A stretch of 64,000 nt of DNA from an uncultured Caulobacteraceae bacterium (GCA_947085575.1 CAMTXB010000029.1:3241-67240), one strand, 5' to 3'. Shown: positions 48,524-57,852, numbered from the stretch's first letter. A program made the numbers and translations. Notes: generated by a model from the letters alone, not told the origin.

Positions 48524-49942
48524 TCAGGAGCGGGCGGCGAGAAGATCGCCGACCGCTGCGGTCACCTGGGTGACGTCATAGGGCTTGCGGATGACCGGCG
48601 CGTCGAACCCGCTTGGGGCGCCGCCCGCATCGCCGTAGCCGGTGGCGAAGACAAAGGGCACCCCCCGCTCCGCCAGGATATCGGCCACGGGTCCCACCGA
48701 AAGGCCGTTGAGGTTGGCGTCCAGCACCGCAGCGTCCAGGGGCTGGTCCAGCAGGGCCAGAGCCTCCGCCAGCTCATAGGCCGGCCCCACCACCACGGCC
48801 CCGGCCTCCGAAAGCCCCGTTTCCAGTTCCATGGCCAGAAGGGCGGCATCCTCTACGATCAGCACCCTTGCGCCGGCCAGATTGGCCGGACAGGTCGGAC
48901 TGGCGGCCATTTCTACGACGCGGCCCAACGGCGTGTCCGGCACGGTGTCGGGGCGGCCCACCACCGCCGCAGGTCCGGCCTCCAGCCGCGCCCGGGCGCC
49001 GGTGGGGGGCAAATCCAGCGTGGTCAGGCCATTCAGCTCCCGCCCGGTGACCTGGCTGAGCAAGGTGGTCCCGAACCCGGTCCGGGCCGGGGGCGAAACC
49101 ACCGGGCCGCCGGACTCGGTCCAGTCCAGACTGAACCCACCGGACGGTGTAGCCTTCCAGACCACATCCACCCGTCCCGTCTCGACGGACAGGGCGCCGT
49201 ATTTCAAGGCGTTGGTGGCCAGTTCGTGCAGGGCGAGGGACAGGGCGTTGGCCGCCCTGGGGGTCAGAAACAGCTCCGGCCCCTCCCAGCGGGTCTGACC
49301 GGGAGCCAGCCCCCCTAACTCCGCCGACACCAGATGATCGATGGCCGCGCCCCGCCAGCGGGCGGCGGTCAGAAGCTCATTGGCCGACCCCATGGACTTC
49401 AGCCGCCCGAGGAAGGTCTGCAGGAAGCCCTCCATGGAGGAGGTTCGCTTGGCCGTCTGCACCGCCAGGGCCTGCACGGTGGCCAGGACATTTTTCACCC
49501 GGTGGTCAACCTCAGCCATCAGAGCATGGCGCTGCTGCTCCTCCAGCCGTCGGACGGTGATGTCCTCGACAATGCCGATGACCCCTTGGATTTCACCCGC
49601 ATCGTCGCGGATGCGCTGGCCGACCACCCTGAGCCAGACAACCCCGCGGTCGGGCTGAGGCGCAGCGCGGCACTCGACCTCATAGCGGTCGTTCAACTCC
49701 AGGCCGGCCAGCATCAGCCGGGTGGTCTTGGTGAGATCGTCAGGGTGAATCCGCGGCAGCAGGGCCCGGCCCCCGTCGGCGGCGACATAGCCGACCGGGC
49801 CGCCGGTGATGGCGGCCATGCGCTCGCTGACGATGCAGAAGTCGCCCGGCACGTCATACTGGAACGCCCCCAGACCCGCGGTCTGAAGGGCCAGTTCCAG
49901 ATGCTCCAATTTCAGGCGCGCGCGCCTCGGGTCATCGACCAT
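48524..49942 (-). CDS. Cytoplasmic PAS-HWE histidine kinase with C-terminal receiver domain
   Basis: IHPDD PAS motif, HRVKN, ELATNALKYGALS, WTESGG, GFG; REC with VED/LD/T/KP. Confidence 0.9.
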   Translation of the reverse strand: MVDDPRRARLKLEHLELALQTAGLGAFQYDVPGDFCIVSERMAAITGGPVGYVAADGGRALLPRIHPDDLTKTTRLMLAGLELNDRYEVECRAAPQPDRGVVWLRVVGQRIRDDAGEIQGVIGIVEDITVRRLEEQQRHALMAEVDHRVKNVLATVQALAVQTAKRTSSMEGFLQTFLGRLKSMGSANELLTAARWRGAAIDHLVSAELGGLAPGQTRWEGPELFLTPRAANALSLALHELATNALKYGALSVETGRVDVVWKATPSGGFSLDWTESGGPVVSPPARTGFGTTLLSQVTGRELNGLTTLDLPPTGARARLEAGPAAVVGRPDTVPDTPLGRVVEMAASPTCPANLAGARVLIVEDAALLAMELETGLSEAGAVVVGPAYELAEALALLDQPLDAAVLDANLNGLSVGPVADILAERGVPFVFATGYGDAGGAPSGFDAPVIRKPYDVTQVTAAVGDLLAARS

Positions 49943-50027
49943 GAGCAAAGCCTAGCGCCCGGCGCCTGACGAAGCGACAAGAACCGTGCTCAGGGTGCGA
50001 AGATTTGACGCACCCCGCCTGGAACCT

Positions 50028-50053
50028 GGAACCGCACTCGCCTATGTGGTGTT
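50028..50053 (+). promoter_or_regulatory. Putative SigT promoter for the DUF883 operon
   Basis: GGAAC-N17-TGTT (one mismatch). Confidence 0.55.
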
Positions 50054-50106
50054 GTAGCAATGCCCCGTGCGAGGCGTGCGGGGAACCGAACCTGTGGAGA
50101 TTCTGC

Positions 50107-50424
50107 ATGTCGACCGTTACTGACCGCGCCGCAAGCGAAGCCAAGGCCGCCGCCAGCTCCGCGGCAGCGTCCGCCCAGACTCTGGCCGAAGACGCCCAGC
50201 GGACCTTCCGCGACGCCGCCAAGCATTTTGAGCGGGCCGTCCAGGACGGCGTCCAGCAGATTCGCGCCCAGTCGCTGGCCTATGCCGACACCGCCGGCGA
50301 CCAGCTCGAAGAAGCCCAGCGCTATGTGGTCGAGCATGTACGGGAACGGCCCCTGGCCGCCACCGGCGTGGCCATTGGAATCGGCGTCGTCATCGGTCTT
50401 CTGCTCGCGGCCGGTCGTCGTTGA
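50107..50424 (+). CDS. DUF883 (ElaB/YqjD) tail-anchored protein
   Basis: Ala-rich helix, VRERP..A.GVA.G.G...GLLL..RR C-terminus; GGAGA RBS. Confidence 0.88.
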   Translation: MSTVTDRAASEAKAAASSAAASAQTLAEDAQRTFRDAAKHFERAVQDGVQQIRAQSLAYADTAGDQLEEAQRYVVEHVRERPLAATGVAIGIGVVIGLLLAAGRR

Positions 50425-50819
50425 TTGAGAAGGCGCTCCTGGGGGTCATCGGGCTTGCCGCTCTGGCGGCCCTGACGCTCCTGTGCGTCGGCGCGGCGGG
50501 ATTTGCCCTGTTCGCCGTTCTGGCTGGCCCCATTGGGTCTGCAGGCGCCGCAGCGGTTCTGGCCCTGGTCTGCGCCTTGATCCTGGCCGCCGCCGTCCTG
50601 GCGGCGCGCGGCAAGGGTCCGGCCATGCCCAAGGCCCTTCGGGAGGACGACAGTCTTGTGGCGCGGGCCATCGGGCTCGCCCGCCAGCATCCGTTGGCGG
50701 CCGGTGGCGCAGCCGTCCTGGTGACCGTCGTCGCCGGGGTTTTGGCGGTCAAGAACCCGAAGATGATCGCCACCGCCCTCAGCGCCTATCTGGCGGGTCG
50801 TTCGTCCAACCGCCCCTGA
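50421..50819 (+). CDS. Hypothetical membrane protein
   Basis: 3 hydrophobic segments; start overlaps the DUF883 stop (TTGA). Confidence 0.7.
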   Translation: MIEKALLGVIGLAALAALTLLCVGAAGFALFAVLAGPIGSAGAAAVLALVCALILAAAVLAARGKGPAMPKALREDDSLVARAIGLARQHPLAAGGAAVLVTVVAGVLAVKNPKMIATALSAYLAGRSSNRP

Positions 50820-51025
50820 TCGCACCTGAGGCCTGGCGCCGGAGCGGGTCTGACCTGTACGTTCGGATTCATCGGCGGGGCCACAGATGTCCTGGCCCCG
50901 CCCCCGCGCGCCGGCCTGGGCGAGGCCAGCCACTTCAGGCTCGCAAATCTCCTCCCGTCCGGACTTTGGGTGGGCCTGGCCGGATCACGCCCAGCGGTGC
51001 CTGGGCGCTCGACATAGGACCCCTG

Positions 51026-51664
51026 ATGTTCAAACTGCCCGATCCAACCTACGCCTATAACGCCCTCTCCCCGGTGATTTCGGCCGAGACCCTGCGGTTC
51101 CACCACGACAAGCACCACGCCAGATATGTGGACAATCTCAATGACCTGCTGACGGCGTCCGGCCGGACGCCGGCGTCATTGGAGGACCTGGTCAGGAGCG
51201 CTGCACGCGACTCAGCCCAGACGAAACTCTTCAACAATGCCGCCCAGGCCTATAATCACACCTTCTTCTGGACCTGCATGACCGCCGAGGCCCAGAAGCC
51301 CCGGGGGGATCTTGCTGTGGCCATCGACCGGGATTTCGGGGGTCTGGCCAGGCTGAAGGCGGCGTTTGTCACCGAGTCGGTGAACCACTTCGCGTCGGGC
51401 TGGGGCTGGCTCGCCGCCGAGGGGGACCGGCTCAAGGTGCTCTCGACCCATGACGCCGACAACCTGCTGACCCGACAGGGCCTGACGCCACTGCTGACCT
51501 GTGATGTGTGGGAGCATGCCTACTATCTGGACCATCAGAACGACCGGAAGGCCTTCGTCGAGGCCTGGTTCGACAGGCTGGTGAACTGGGACTTCGCCGC
51601 CACCCAGTATGACGCCGCCCGAGGCAGGGGCGAAGCCTGGCGCCACCCTGCGCCCGCCGCGTGA
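51026..51664 (+). CDS. Fe/Mn superoxide dismutase (Fe-type signature)
   Basis: HHDKHH..Y, FNNAAQ..NH, SGWGWL, DVWEHAYY. Confidence 0.93.
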   Translation: MFKLPDPTYAYNALSPVISAETLRFHHDKHHARYVDNLNDLLTASGRTPASLEDLVRSAARDSAQTKLFNNAAQAYNHTFFWTCMTAEAQKPRGDLAVAIDRDFGGLARLKAAFVTESVNHFASGWGWLAAEGDRLKVLSTHDADNLLTRQGLTPLLTCDVWEHAYYLDHQNDRKAFVEAWFDRLVNWDFAATQYDAARGRGEAWRHPAPAA

Positions 51665-51688
51665 TCCGCGGCCGCCCGGGGCCTGTCC

Positions 51689-52507
51689 TTAGGGCCTCAG
51701 GCACCCATTGACTGCTGGGGGCTTCGACCGGCGCCGGTCCAGGGACCAGGTCCGATAGGCCTCAAATCCCTGGCCGGACCAGGTCATGGCCTTGACCCGG
51801 ATGGCCTCGGCATCAGCCTCGATCATGTTGAAGCTGGCTGCGACCCCCCGCTCCCGGACCGAAAGGGTGCCGCACCCCACAGCATAGGTGCGCCGGTCGG
51901 CGAACGGATAGGGCAGGACGAAGGGGGCGTGCACATGTCCCGACAGCACCAGATCGACGCGGGATTCACTGAACGCCCGCGCCGCCTCCGCGCCCCCCCA
52001 GACCCGGGCGGTCATCGGCCCGTCGATCATCTCGGTGAGCGGGTGATGCAGCGCCACCAGGCGCAGGCGATCAGCCGGGGCGGCGTCCAGGAAGCTGATG
52101 GCCGTGCGAACCTGATCCGAGGAGATCTGGCCCTTGGACCAGTTCAGCCGCCACTGGGCGCCGCGGGCGGTATTGATTCCGGCCACGGCGACCTGATCGT
52201 CCAGATGGGACTGGCGCCAGGCGGGACCGATGATCTGCTCAAACCGGGAGAATGGCGCAAAAATGCGCTCCAGCCAGGCGAGATAGGGCGCATCATGATT
52301 GCCCGGCGTCACCAGCCAGGGCCGAGGCAGGCGCTCAAGCCAGGCCCGGGCCGCCTTCAGTTCCGACACCTCGGCGAACCGGGTGATGTCCCCGGTGACG
52401 AGGGTAAGATCGGGGGGATCATCCTGCAGCAGCGCCGTGGCGGCTTCCACGGCGGCCAGGTTCTCATCGCCGAGGTGGACATCGGACAGCTGTGCGATGC
52501 GGATCAT
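51689..52507 (-). CDS. Calcineurin-like metallophosphoesterase
   Basis: SDVH, TGD, PGNHD, HHP, GHVH motifs. Confidence 0.92.
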   Translation of the reverse strand: MIRIAQLSDVHLGDENLAAVEAATALLQDDPPDLTLVTGDITRFAEVSELKAARAWLERLPRPWLVTPGNHDAPYLAWLERIFAPFSRFEQIIGPAWRQSHLDDQVAVAGINTARGAQWRLNWSKGQISSDQVRTAISFLDAAPADRLRLVALHHPLTEMIDGPMTARVWGGAEAARAFSESRVDLVLSGHVHAPFVLPYPFADRRTYAVGCGTLSVRERGVAASFNMIEADAEAIRVKAMTWSGQGFEAYRTWSLDRRRSKPPAVNGCLRP

Positions 52508-53427
52508 TGCGCCGTCGGGTCGAGAAGGGCGACGGCATGTTCGGCCCAGCCGCCCCGAGGCGGCTCTTCGCTGGGGGCGAGCACCCGGGCGACCTGCGGT
52601 ACGAACGCGACCCGCGCGAGGTCCCCCAATTGAACGGTCTCGCCGTCCAGCAGGGCGGGGATTTCCCTCGCGGCCCAGACACTCGCCTGGCGGCAGAGGC
52701 CAAGACTGACCGAAGGGTCATTCCGCCAGTCCCCCACTGCGGCGTTCAGGCCGAGCCGGACGGCTTCCAGGGCGCTGCTCAGATCGAGGCCGGCGGCCTC
52801 AAGGGCCTGCTCATCGTCCGACAGGCGCCGGCTGGCGGTCGGGCACATGAAAATCACCGCCTCCCCCTTCTGGCGAACCCCCGAACCGATCACATAGCGG
52901 AGCCGACCGGAAAAGGCCCGCGACCAGGCCGTCCGGGCCCGCGCCAGGGCCAGGCGAGCCTTGCCCTGGCGCATGGCCTCCCGGGCCGGAGCCCAGAGGG
53001 CGGGAGCGCCCAGTATGGCGGCCACAAGAAAGAGCTTGCCGTCCACCACGCCCCCCGCCAGGGGTCGTTCCACCCCGCTGTCGAGGATATCCACCAAGGC
53101 TTCCTGCCACGGCCTGACCCCATAGATGGCATGTGGCAGCATATTCATGGTTCCACCCGCCAGGGGCGCCAGGAGCGGGCCATCCGGCCCACAGAGCTCA
53201 GCCGCGCTGCGCGCTGTGCCGTCGCCGGCCACCACCACGAGCAGGTCGGGGCCGGCGTCAATGGCGGTCCTCAGACTCCGGCCCAGACCCTCCGGGGCCG
53301 TGGCCTGAATCCGGAATTTCACCCCATACTGCGTCAAAATATCCTCAGCCGCCCCCGGAGCTTCAGCCGACACACGCCCTGAAGCCAGGTTGAGGACCAC
53401 CTCGACTGAACGGACACCTGCGATCAA
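52504..53427 (-). CDS. Diacylglycerol/lipid kinase family protein
   Basis: LN..SG, AGDGT, GGTMN, LDGE motifs. Confidence 0.88.
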   Translation of the reverse strand: MIAGVRSVEVVLNLASGRVSAEAPGAAEDILTQYGVKFRIQATAPEGLGRSLRTAIDAGPDLLVVVAGDGTARSAAELCGPDGPLLAPLAGGTMNMLPHAIYGVRPWQEALVDILDSGVERPLAGGVVDGKLFLVAAILGAPALWAPAREAMRQGKARLALARARTAWSRAFSGRLRYVIGSGVRQKGEAVIFMCPTASRRLSDDEQALEAAGLDLSSALEAVRLGLNAAVGDWRNDPSVSLGLCRQASVWAAREIPALLDGETVQLGDLARVAFVPQVARVLAPSEEPPRGGWAEHAVALLDPTAQ

Positions 53428-53436
53428 AGGGGCGTC

Positions 53437-53853
53437 CTACGGAGCTTCATCAGCGGGCGCCGCCTTGTCCGACGGCTGTATCGCGGCCTCCAGGGACTCA
53501 CCGGCCCGGGACAATGCCTTCCCCGTGTCGCGGGCGGTCGCACGCAAGCCAGGTTCAGCACGGTCGGCGACCACCGCCAGCTGCTGATCCACCACTGCCC
53601 CGCCCCTGCTGAACGACCCGTACCAGGCCGAGATTCCCAGTATGACGGCTCCTGCGAGGGCGGCCAGTCCGATCATCAGCACGGCGCCGGGATGACTCCT
53701 CCTGCGGCGTTCCAGCCGACGGCCGGCCTGCAGGCCCTGCTCATAGGCCCGCTCAATGTCACGGACCGCCGCCGGGGCGGGCTCATCACCCACCGGACGC
53801 AGGATGTTTAGTGGCACGCCCCCATGCCGGGGGCGTCCAGATCGCGGCCACAT
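53437..53853 (-). CDS. Hypothetical single-pass membrane protein
   Basis: GGGAG RBS; one TM segment; lies just downstream of a SigT promoter. Confidence 0.7.
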   Translation of the reverse strand: MWPRSGRPRHGGVPLNILRPVGDEPAPAAVRDIERAYEQGLQAGRRLERRRRSHPGAVLMIGLAALAGAVILGISAWYGSFSRGGAVVDQQLAVVADRAEPGLRATARDTGKALSRAGESLEAAIQPSDKAAPADEAP

Positions 53854-53886
53854 TTGAGGTGCTCCCTAGGATGTTGTGGCCAAGCT

Positions 53887-53911
53887 AACGGCGGGGACCG
53901 GCGGTGGTTCC
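53887..53911 (-). promoter_or_regulatory. SigT/EcfG promoter
   Basis: Minus strand GGAAC-N16-CGTT, exact. Confidence 0.8.
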
Positions 53912-54129
53912 GCCTCTGCGACCTCGCTTCATCCAAGGTCACCGAACTGGCGGCGCAGATTGCCGGGGGAAATCCCCCTTTCGGGCTGTTGCTCGGTTTT
54001 GGGCACAGGCTCAAGGAGAGTCACGAAAGATGCGGTCACCTGCCGTGACTGCCGTGGCGGGCGTACGGGCCGCCACATGTTCCGCCACCGGCGCGGTGGA
54101 CCGAAATACAGCCGGGGGCAAGACCAGCG

Positions 54130-54924
54130 TCAAGCCGGCGTCGACCTGCGCCCCGGATGAAAGAACAGGGCCTGGCCGACGGCGGCCTTCACCGTCTCAG
54201 GCTGGAAGGGCTTGGTGATCAGGAAGGTGGGTTCAGGCCGCTCCCCCGTCAGCAGCCGCTCGGGAAAGGCCGTGATGAAGATCACCGGAACATCCAGTAT
54301 GGTCAGGATATCCTTGACCGCATCAATGCCCGAAGACCCATCGGCCAGCTGGATGTCGGCCAGGACGAGGCCCGGGCGGTTGCGCCCTACAGCGTCCACA
54401 GCCTCGGTGCGGGTGGCGGCGATATCCACCACCCTGTGGCCCAGCTCCGTCACCAGGGCCTCGATGTCCGCTGCAATGACCGGCTCGTCCTCAATGATCA
54501 GGACGTCGGTCGCCAGCTCAGCATCGATCTCCAGCTGAGCCTCAGCGATCAGACGGTTCACCTCTTCAAAGCTCGCCCCCAAAATCTGGCCCACCTCGCT
54601 GGCGGTAAATCCTTCCAGGGCGGTCAGTAGGAAGGCCTGGCGGGAGCGGGGGGCGATGCGCATCAGCCGGGCGTTTGGGTCATCGCCCACGACTTCGGCC
54701 GCCGGCCCTTCAAGCCGTGCGCCAGTGGCGCCCCAGAGGGCGTGAAAGACGTGATAGAGCGCGACCCTGGGGGTGAGGGCCGGATCAAGCGCCTGTTCGC
54801 CCGCCGCAATAGCCTCAAGGGCTAGCCGGACATAATGGTCGCCGGTGGTTTGGTCGCCGGTCAGGGCGCGACCATAGCGCCGAACATAGGGCAGATGCGG
54901 CGCCAGCCTGGCTAGAAGACTCAA
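54130..54924 (-). CDS. phyR: Anti-anti-sigma factor response regulator PhyR
   Basis: LPYVRRYGRALTG sigma-like domain plus REC (IEDE, ADIQLADGSSG, TKPF); TTG start with GGGAGG RBS. Confidence 0.95.
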   Translation of the reverse strand: MSLLARLAPHLPYVRRYGRALTGDQTTGDHYVRLALEAIAAGEQALDPALTPRVALYHVFHALWGATGARLEGPAAEVVGDDPNARLMRIAPRSRQAFLLTALEGFTASEVGQILGASFEEVNRLIAEAQLEIDAELATDVLIIEDEPVIAADIEALVTELGHRVVDIAATRTEAVDAVGRNRPGLVLADIQLADGSSGIDAVKDILTILDVPVIFITAFPERLLTGERPEPTFLITKPFQPETVKAAVGQALFFHPGRRSTPA

Positions 54925-55001
54925 TAACCCCTCCCGAAATGACAAGCGTGAACGCGCGACCGCCGTTTGCGCCGGCGGGTCTGAATCCGTCAGCCCTACG
55001 G

Positions 55002-55040
55002 AACGCCCTCAGAGGGAACCGGTTCCCTCCCTTAAGCGTT
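55002..55040. promoter_or_regulatory. Overlapping divergent SigT promoters (phyR and nepR-sigT)
   Basis: Plus: GGAAC 55015-19, N17, CGTT 55037-40; minus: GGAAC 55026-22, N16, CGTT 55005-02. Confidence 0.88.
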
Positions 55041-55078
55041 CTCGACAATCTCATGTGAAGCGGCAGCACGCTATTGCT

Positions 55079-55104
55079 GGAACTGGACCGGGGGGCCAGA
55101 CGTT
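55079..55104 (+). promoter_or_regulatory. Second SigT promoter upstream of nepR
   Basis: GGAAC-N17-CGTT, exact. Confidence 0.7.
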
Positions 55105-55124
55105 TGAACGACCAGGATGACAGC

Positions 55125-55346
55125 ATGAAGCAACCTTCGCCACCTGAGCGGAACGCCCGGGACATGATCGAACGGCCATCGGGCGGTCCCGATGTCGGTA
55201 CTGCGGCCATGGACGAGGCCCGCCTGCTACAACAGGCGATCGGGGTGCGCCTGAGACAGATGTTCGACGAGGTGGTGAATGAACCCGTGCCGACCGCGTT
55301 CCTGGACATATTGCGCAGGGCAGACGAGTCGGCGGAGCAAGGCTGA
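55125..55346 (+). CDS. nepR: Anti-sigma factor NepR
   Basis: IGVRLRQMFDEVVNEPVP..FLDIL motif; start uncertain. Confidence 0.92.
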   Translation: MKQPSPPERNARDMIERPSGGPDVGTAAMDEARLLQQAIGVRLRQMFDEVVNEPVPTAFLDILRRADESAEQG

Positions 55347-55939
55347 TGGTGGATCGCAGTCCCCGCGACCCCGCCCTCGATGCCGACTTCAAGGCTGAGA
55401 TCGTGACCCTGATCCCGCACCTCCGGGCCTTTGCCCGGTCCCTCTGCGGCGATGCGACCAGCGCCGATGATCTGGCGCAGGAGGCCATGATGAAGGCCTG
55501 GGACGCTCGGGCCAGCTTCCAGATGGGCACCAATATGAAGGCCTGGACCTTCATGATCCTGCGCAACCAGTTTTACTCTGAGAAGCGACGGTCCTGGCGC
55601 CAGACCCAGCTTGATCAGGAGGCGGCCGAGCGGACCCTGGTGGCGGTGGACGATCCCGAGGCGCCCTTGGCGCTGGACGAACTGCGCCTGAGCCTGGGCA
55701 TGCTGCCGCCAGAGCAGCGGGAGGCTCTGATCCTCGTGGGAGCCGGCGGATTTGCCTATGAGGAGGCGGCAGAGATCTGCGGCGTGGCTGTGGGTACGGT
55801 GAAGAGTCGGGTCAGTCGGGCGCGCAGAGCGCTTCAGGCCGTACTGGAAGCCGGCGCCTATGATCGTGACGGCGCGGCCGCAGGGGATGCCATGGGATCG
55901 ATCCTGGCCGAAGCTGAACGACTCAGCACCGTAAGCTGA
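55346..55939 (+). CDS. sigT: ECF sigma factor SigT/EcfG
   Basis: IPHLRAFARSL, GTNMKAW.F.ILRN, GTVKSRVSRAR; located in the nepR operon. Confidence 0.94.
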   Translation: MVDRSPRDPALDADFKAEIVTLIPHLRAFARSLCGDATSADDLAQEAMMKAWDARASFQMGTNMKAWTFMILRNQFYSEKRRSWRQTQLDQEAAERTLVAVDDPEAPLALDELRLSLGMLPPEQREALILVGAGGFAYEEAAEICGVAVGTVKSRVSRARRALQAVLEAGAYDRDGAAAGDAMGSILAEAERLSTVS

Positions 55940-55958
55940 CGGCCCGGGGGGCCAGGTG

Positions 55959-57722
55959 ATGAACGGGGAACCGTGGGCCGCCCTTGGCAGCATCAGACTA
56001 CGACTCATCGGCGCCACGGTCGCCGCCCTGGCCCCCGTGCTGATCCTGGGCGCGATCCAGACGGGCCTGGCCTTCAACCACGAACGCAATCAGGTCCGCG
56101 AGATCCTTGGGTCGGCGGCCCAGCGCGGGGCGGCCGACGCCCGGGCGCGGATGGAGTCCGCCGACATTCTGCTCGAGACCCTTGGCCCAGGTTCGGTCGG
56201 CTTGGCCTGCGCGCAACGGCTGGCCGAGGTGACGGGGCGGGTTCCCGGCTATGAGAACCTGATCCGCTTCGACAGGGTCGGACGGGTAGCCTGCGCCGCA
56301 GACACTGTGCCAGCCGATCCAGACCGGGCGAGCCGTCCCTGGTTTCAACAGGTTCGCGCCACAGGGGAGATGGTCGTGACCCGGGATCCGGGGGTGGCCT
56401 ATACCGGCGGGCCGTTCCTGATGGCGGTGGCGCCGACCTACAATGCCGCCGGAGAATTCGATGGCGCCCTGGCGGCCATCATAGCCCTGACCAGTTTGCA
56501 GCCCAGTGCGGCGGCTGCGGCCCTGCCGGAAGGGGCCGAGGTCGCCCTGCTGGATGCAGCGGGCCGCTATCTCAGCCTCACAGATCCCGCCGCCTTCTCG
56601 GCCCCTCCGGAGGGTTGGCAGATCAAGATCCAGCAGGAGGGGTCCGTGGTCTGGTATGCGCAGTTGGACGGTGAGCACCGGGTGCACATCGCAGCGCCCC
56701 TGGTTGGCGACAGCCTATTTGTGATCCTTTCAGCGGACTCCCCTGGCCTGTTCTCCTGGGCCCGGCTCAATCCCCTGACCGGCCTGGCCATGCCCCTCCT
56801 GACCTTCGTGCTGGTCCTGGGATCGGTGTTCATCGCCGTGGATCGGGTGGTCGTGCGCTGGCTGGTCTATCTACAGCGGATCGCCGCCCTCTATGGCCGA
56901 GGCCGGCTTACGTTTCGTCCGGCCCAGGCAAAGGACATGCCCCTGGAAATCCATGATCTGGCATCGGCCATGGAGAACATGGCCGATGCCATTGTCGGGC
57001 GTGACGCCTCGCTCCGGGAAACCCTGGCCCAGAAGGACGCCCTGATGCGGGAAATTCATCATCGGGTGAAAAACAATCTCCAGGTGATCTCCAGCCTGCT
57101 CAGCATGCAGCAAAGGGCCCTGGCCGACCCGGGCGCCCGGGCGGCGATGTCAGATACCCGGCAACGGATATCGGCCCTGGCCCTGGTCTATCGCGCACTC
57201 TATCAGGGCTCGGACCTGAACCGCGTGGACCTCCGGCCCTTTCTGGAGGAACTGACGGCGCAGCTGGTGGCGGGGGACGCCCTCCGCGGACCGGCCGTGC
57301 GCACTGAACTCCATACCGAGACGCTGATCATCGACCCTGATCGTCTGGCGCCCCTGGCCCTGTTCGCCGTGGAGGCGATCACCAATGCGCAGAAGCATGC
57401 CTTCGCCGGACGGGGCGGGGTACTCAGCCTCAGCTTCCGGGTTTCGGAGGAAGAAGCTGTGCTGGAGATTGCCGACGATGGCGGGGCCACCGATGCGGCG
57501 CTCTCGGGAACGGGCGTCGGACGCACCCTGATGACCGCCTTTGCGCGGCAGCTTCGCGGGCGCTCAGAGCTGATCCGCAACCATATGGGCGGCGTGACCG
57601 TGCGCCTCATCTTCCCGACACTGCGGCATTGGGACGACGACGACGACGGGAACCTTCCCCAGGAGGCAGCCGTTGAGCCTGATGACGCCCATCCCAAAGA
57701 TCTCGGAGATCAACATGCATAG
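55959..57722 (+). CDS. Membrane sensor histidine kinase, HisKA_2 type (PhyK-like)
   Basis: 2 TM segments around a periplasmic domain with two Cys; EIHHRVKNNLQ, E.ITNA.KH, DDG. Confidence 0.9.
   Translation: MNGEPWAALGSIRLRLIGATVAALAPVLILGAIQTGLAFNHERNQVREILGSAAQRGAADARARMESADILLETLGPGSVGLACAQRLAEVTGRVPGYENLIRFDRVGRVACAADTVPADPDRASRPWFQQVRATGEMVVTRDPGVAYTGGPFLMAVAPTYNAAGEFDGALAAIIALTSLQPSAAAAALPEGAEVALLDAAGRYLSLTDPAAFSAPPEGWQIKIQQEGSVVWYAQLDGEHRVHIAAPLVGDSLFVILSADSPGLFSWARLNPLTGLAMPLLTFVLVLGSVFIAVDRVVVRWLVYLQRIAALYGRGRLTFRPAQAKDMPLEIHDLASAMENMADAIVGRDASLRETLAQKDALMREIHHRVKNNLQVISSLLSMQQRALADPGARAAMSDTRQRISALALVYRALYQGSDLNRVDLRPFLEELTAQLVAGDALRGPAVRTELHTETLIIDPDRLAPLALFAVEAITNAQKHAFAGRGGVLSLSFRVSEEEAVLEIADDGGATDAALSGTGVGRTLMTAFARQLRGRSELIRNHMGGVTVRLIFPTLRHWDDDDDGNLPQEAAVEPDDAHPKDLGDQHA
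57649..57674 (+). promoter_or_regulatory. SigT promoter inside the kinase 3' end, driving entericidin
   Basis: GGAAC-N17-CGTT, exact. Confidence 0.8.
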
Positions 57723-57852
57723 GCTCTTTGTCCTCCTCGCCCTGACCGTCAGCCTGGGCGTCAGCGCCTGCAACACCATGTCCGGGGTCGGCAAGGATGT
57801 CGGGGCCGCCGGCGACGCCGTGACCCGCAGCGCTGAGGAAGCCAAGAACTAG
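57715..57852 (+). CDS. Entericidin EcnA/B family lipoprotein (45 aa, not in ORF track)
   Basis: MHRLFVLLALTVSLGVSACNTMSGVGKDVGAAGDAVTRSAEEAKN; lipobox plus CNT..G.GKD; GGAGA RBS. Confidence 0.92.
   Translation: MHRLFVLLALTVSLGVSACNTMSGVGKDVGAAGDAVTRSAEEAKN

Noticed and set aside
53920-54125. Possible riboswitch or sRNA between phyR and the lipid kinase operon
   Set aside because: Only short hairpins; the GGAAC at 54083-54079 has no matching CGTT; no known aptamer core recognised
57633-57647. (GAC)5 microsatellite
   Set aside because: Short, in-frame poly-Asp; no sign of functional variation
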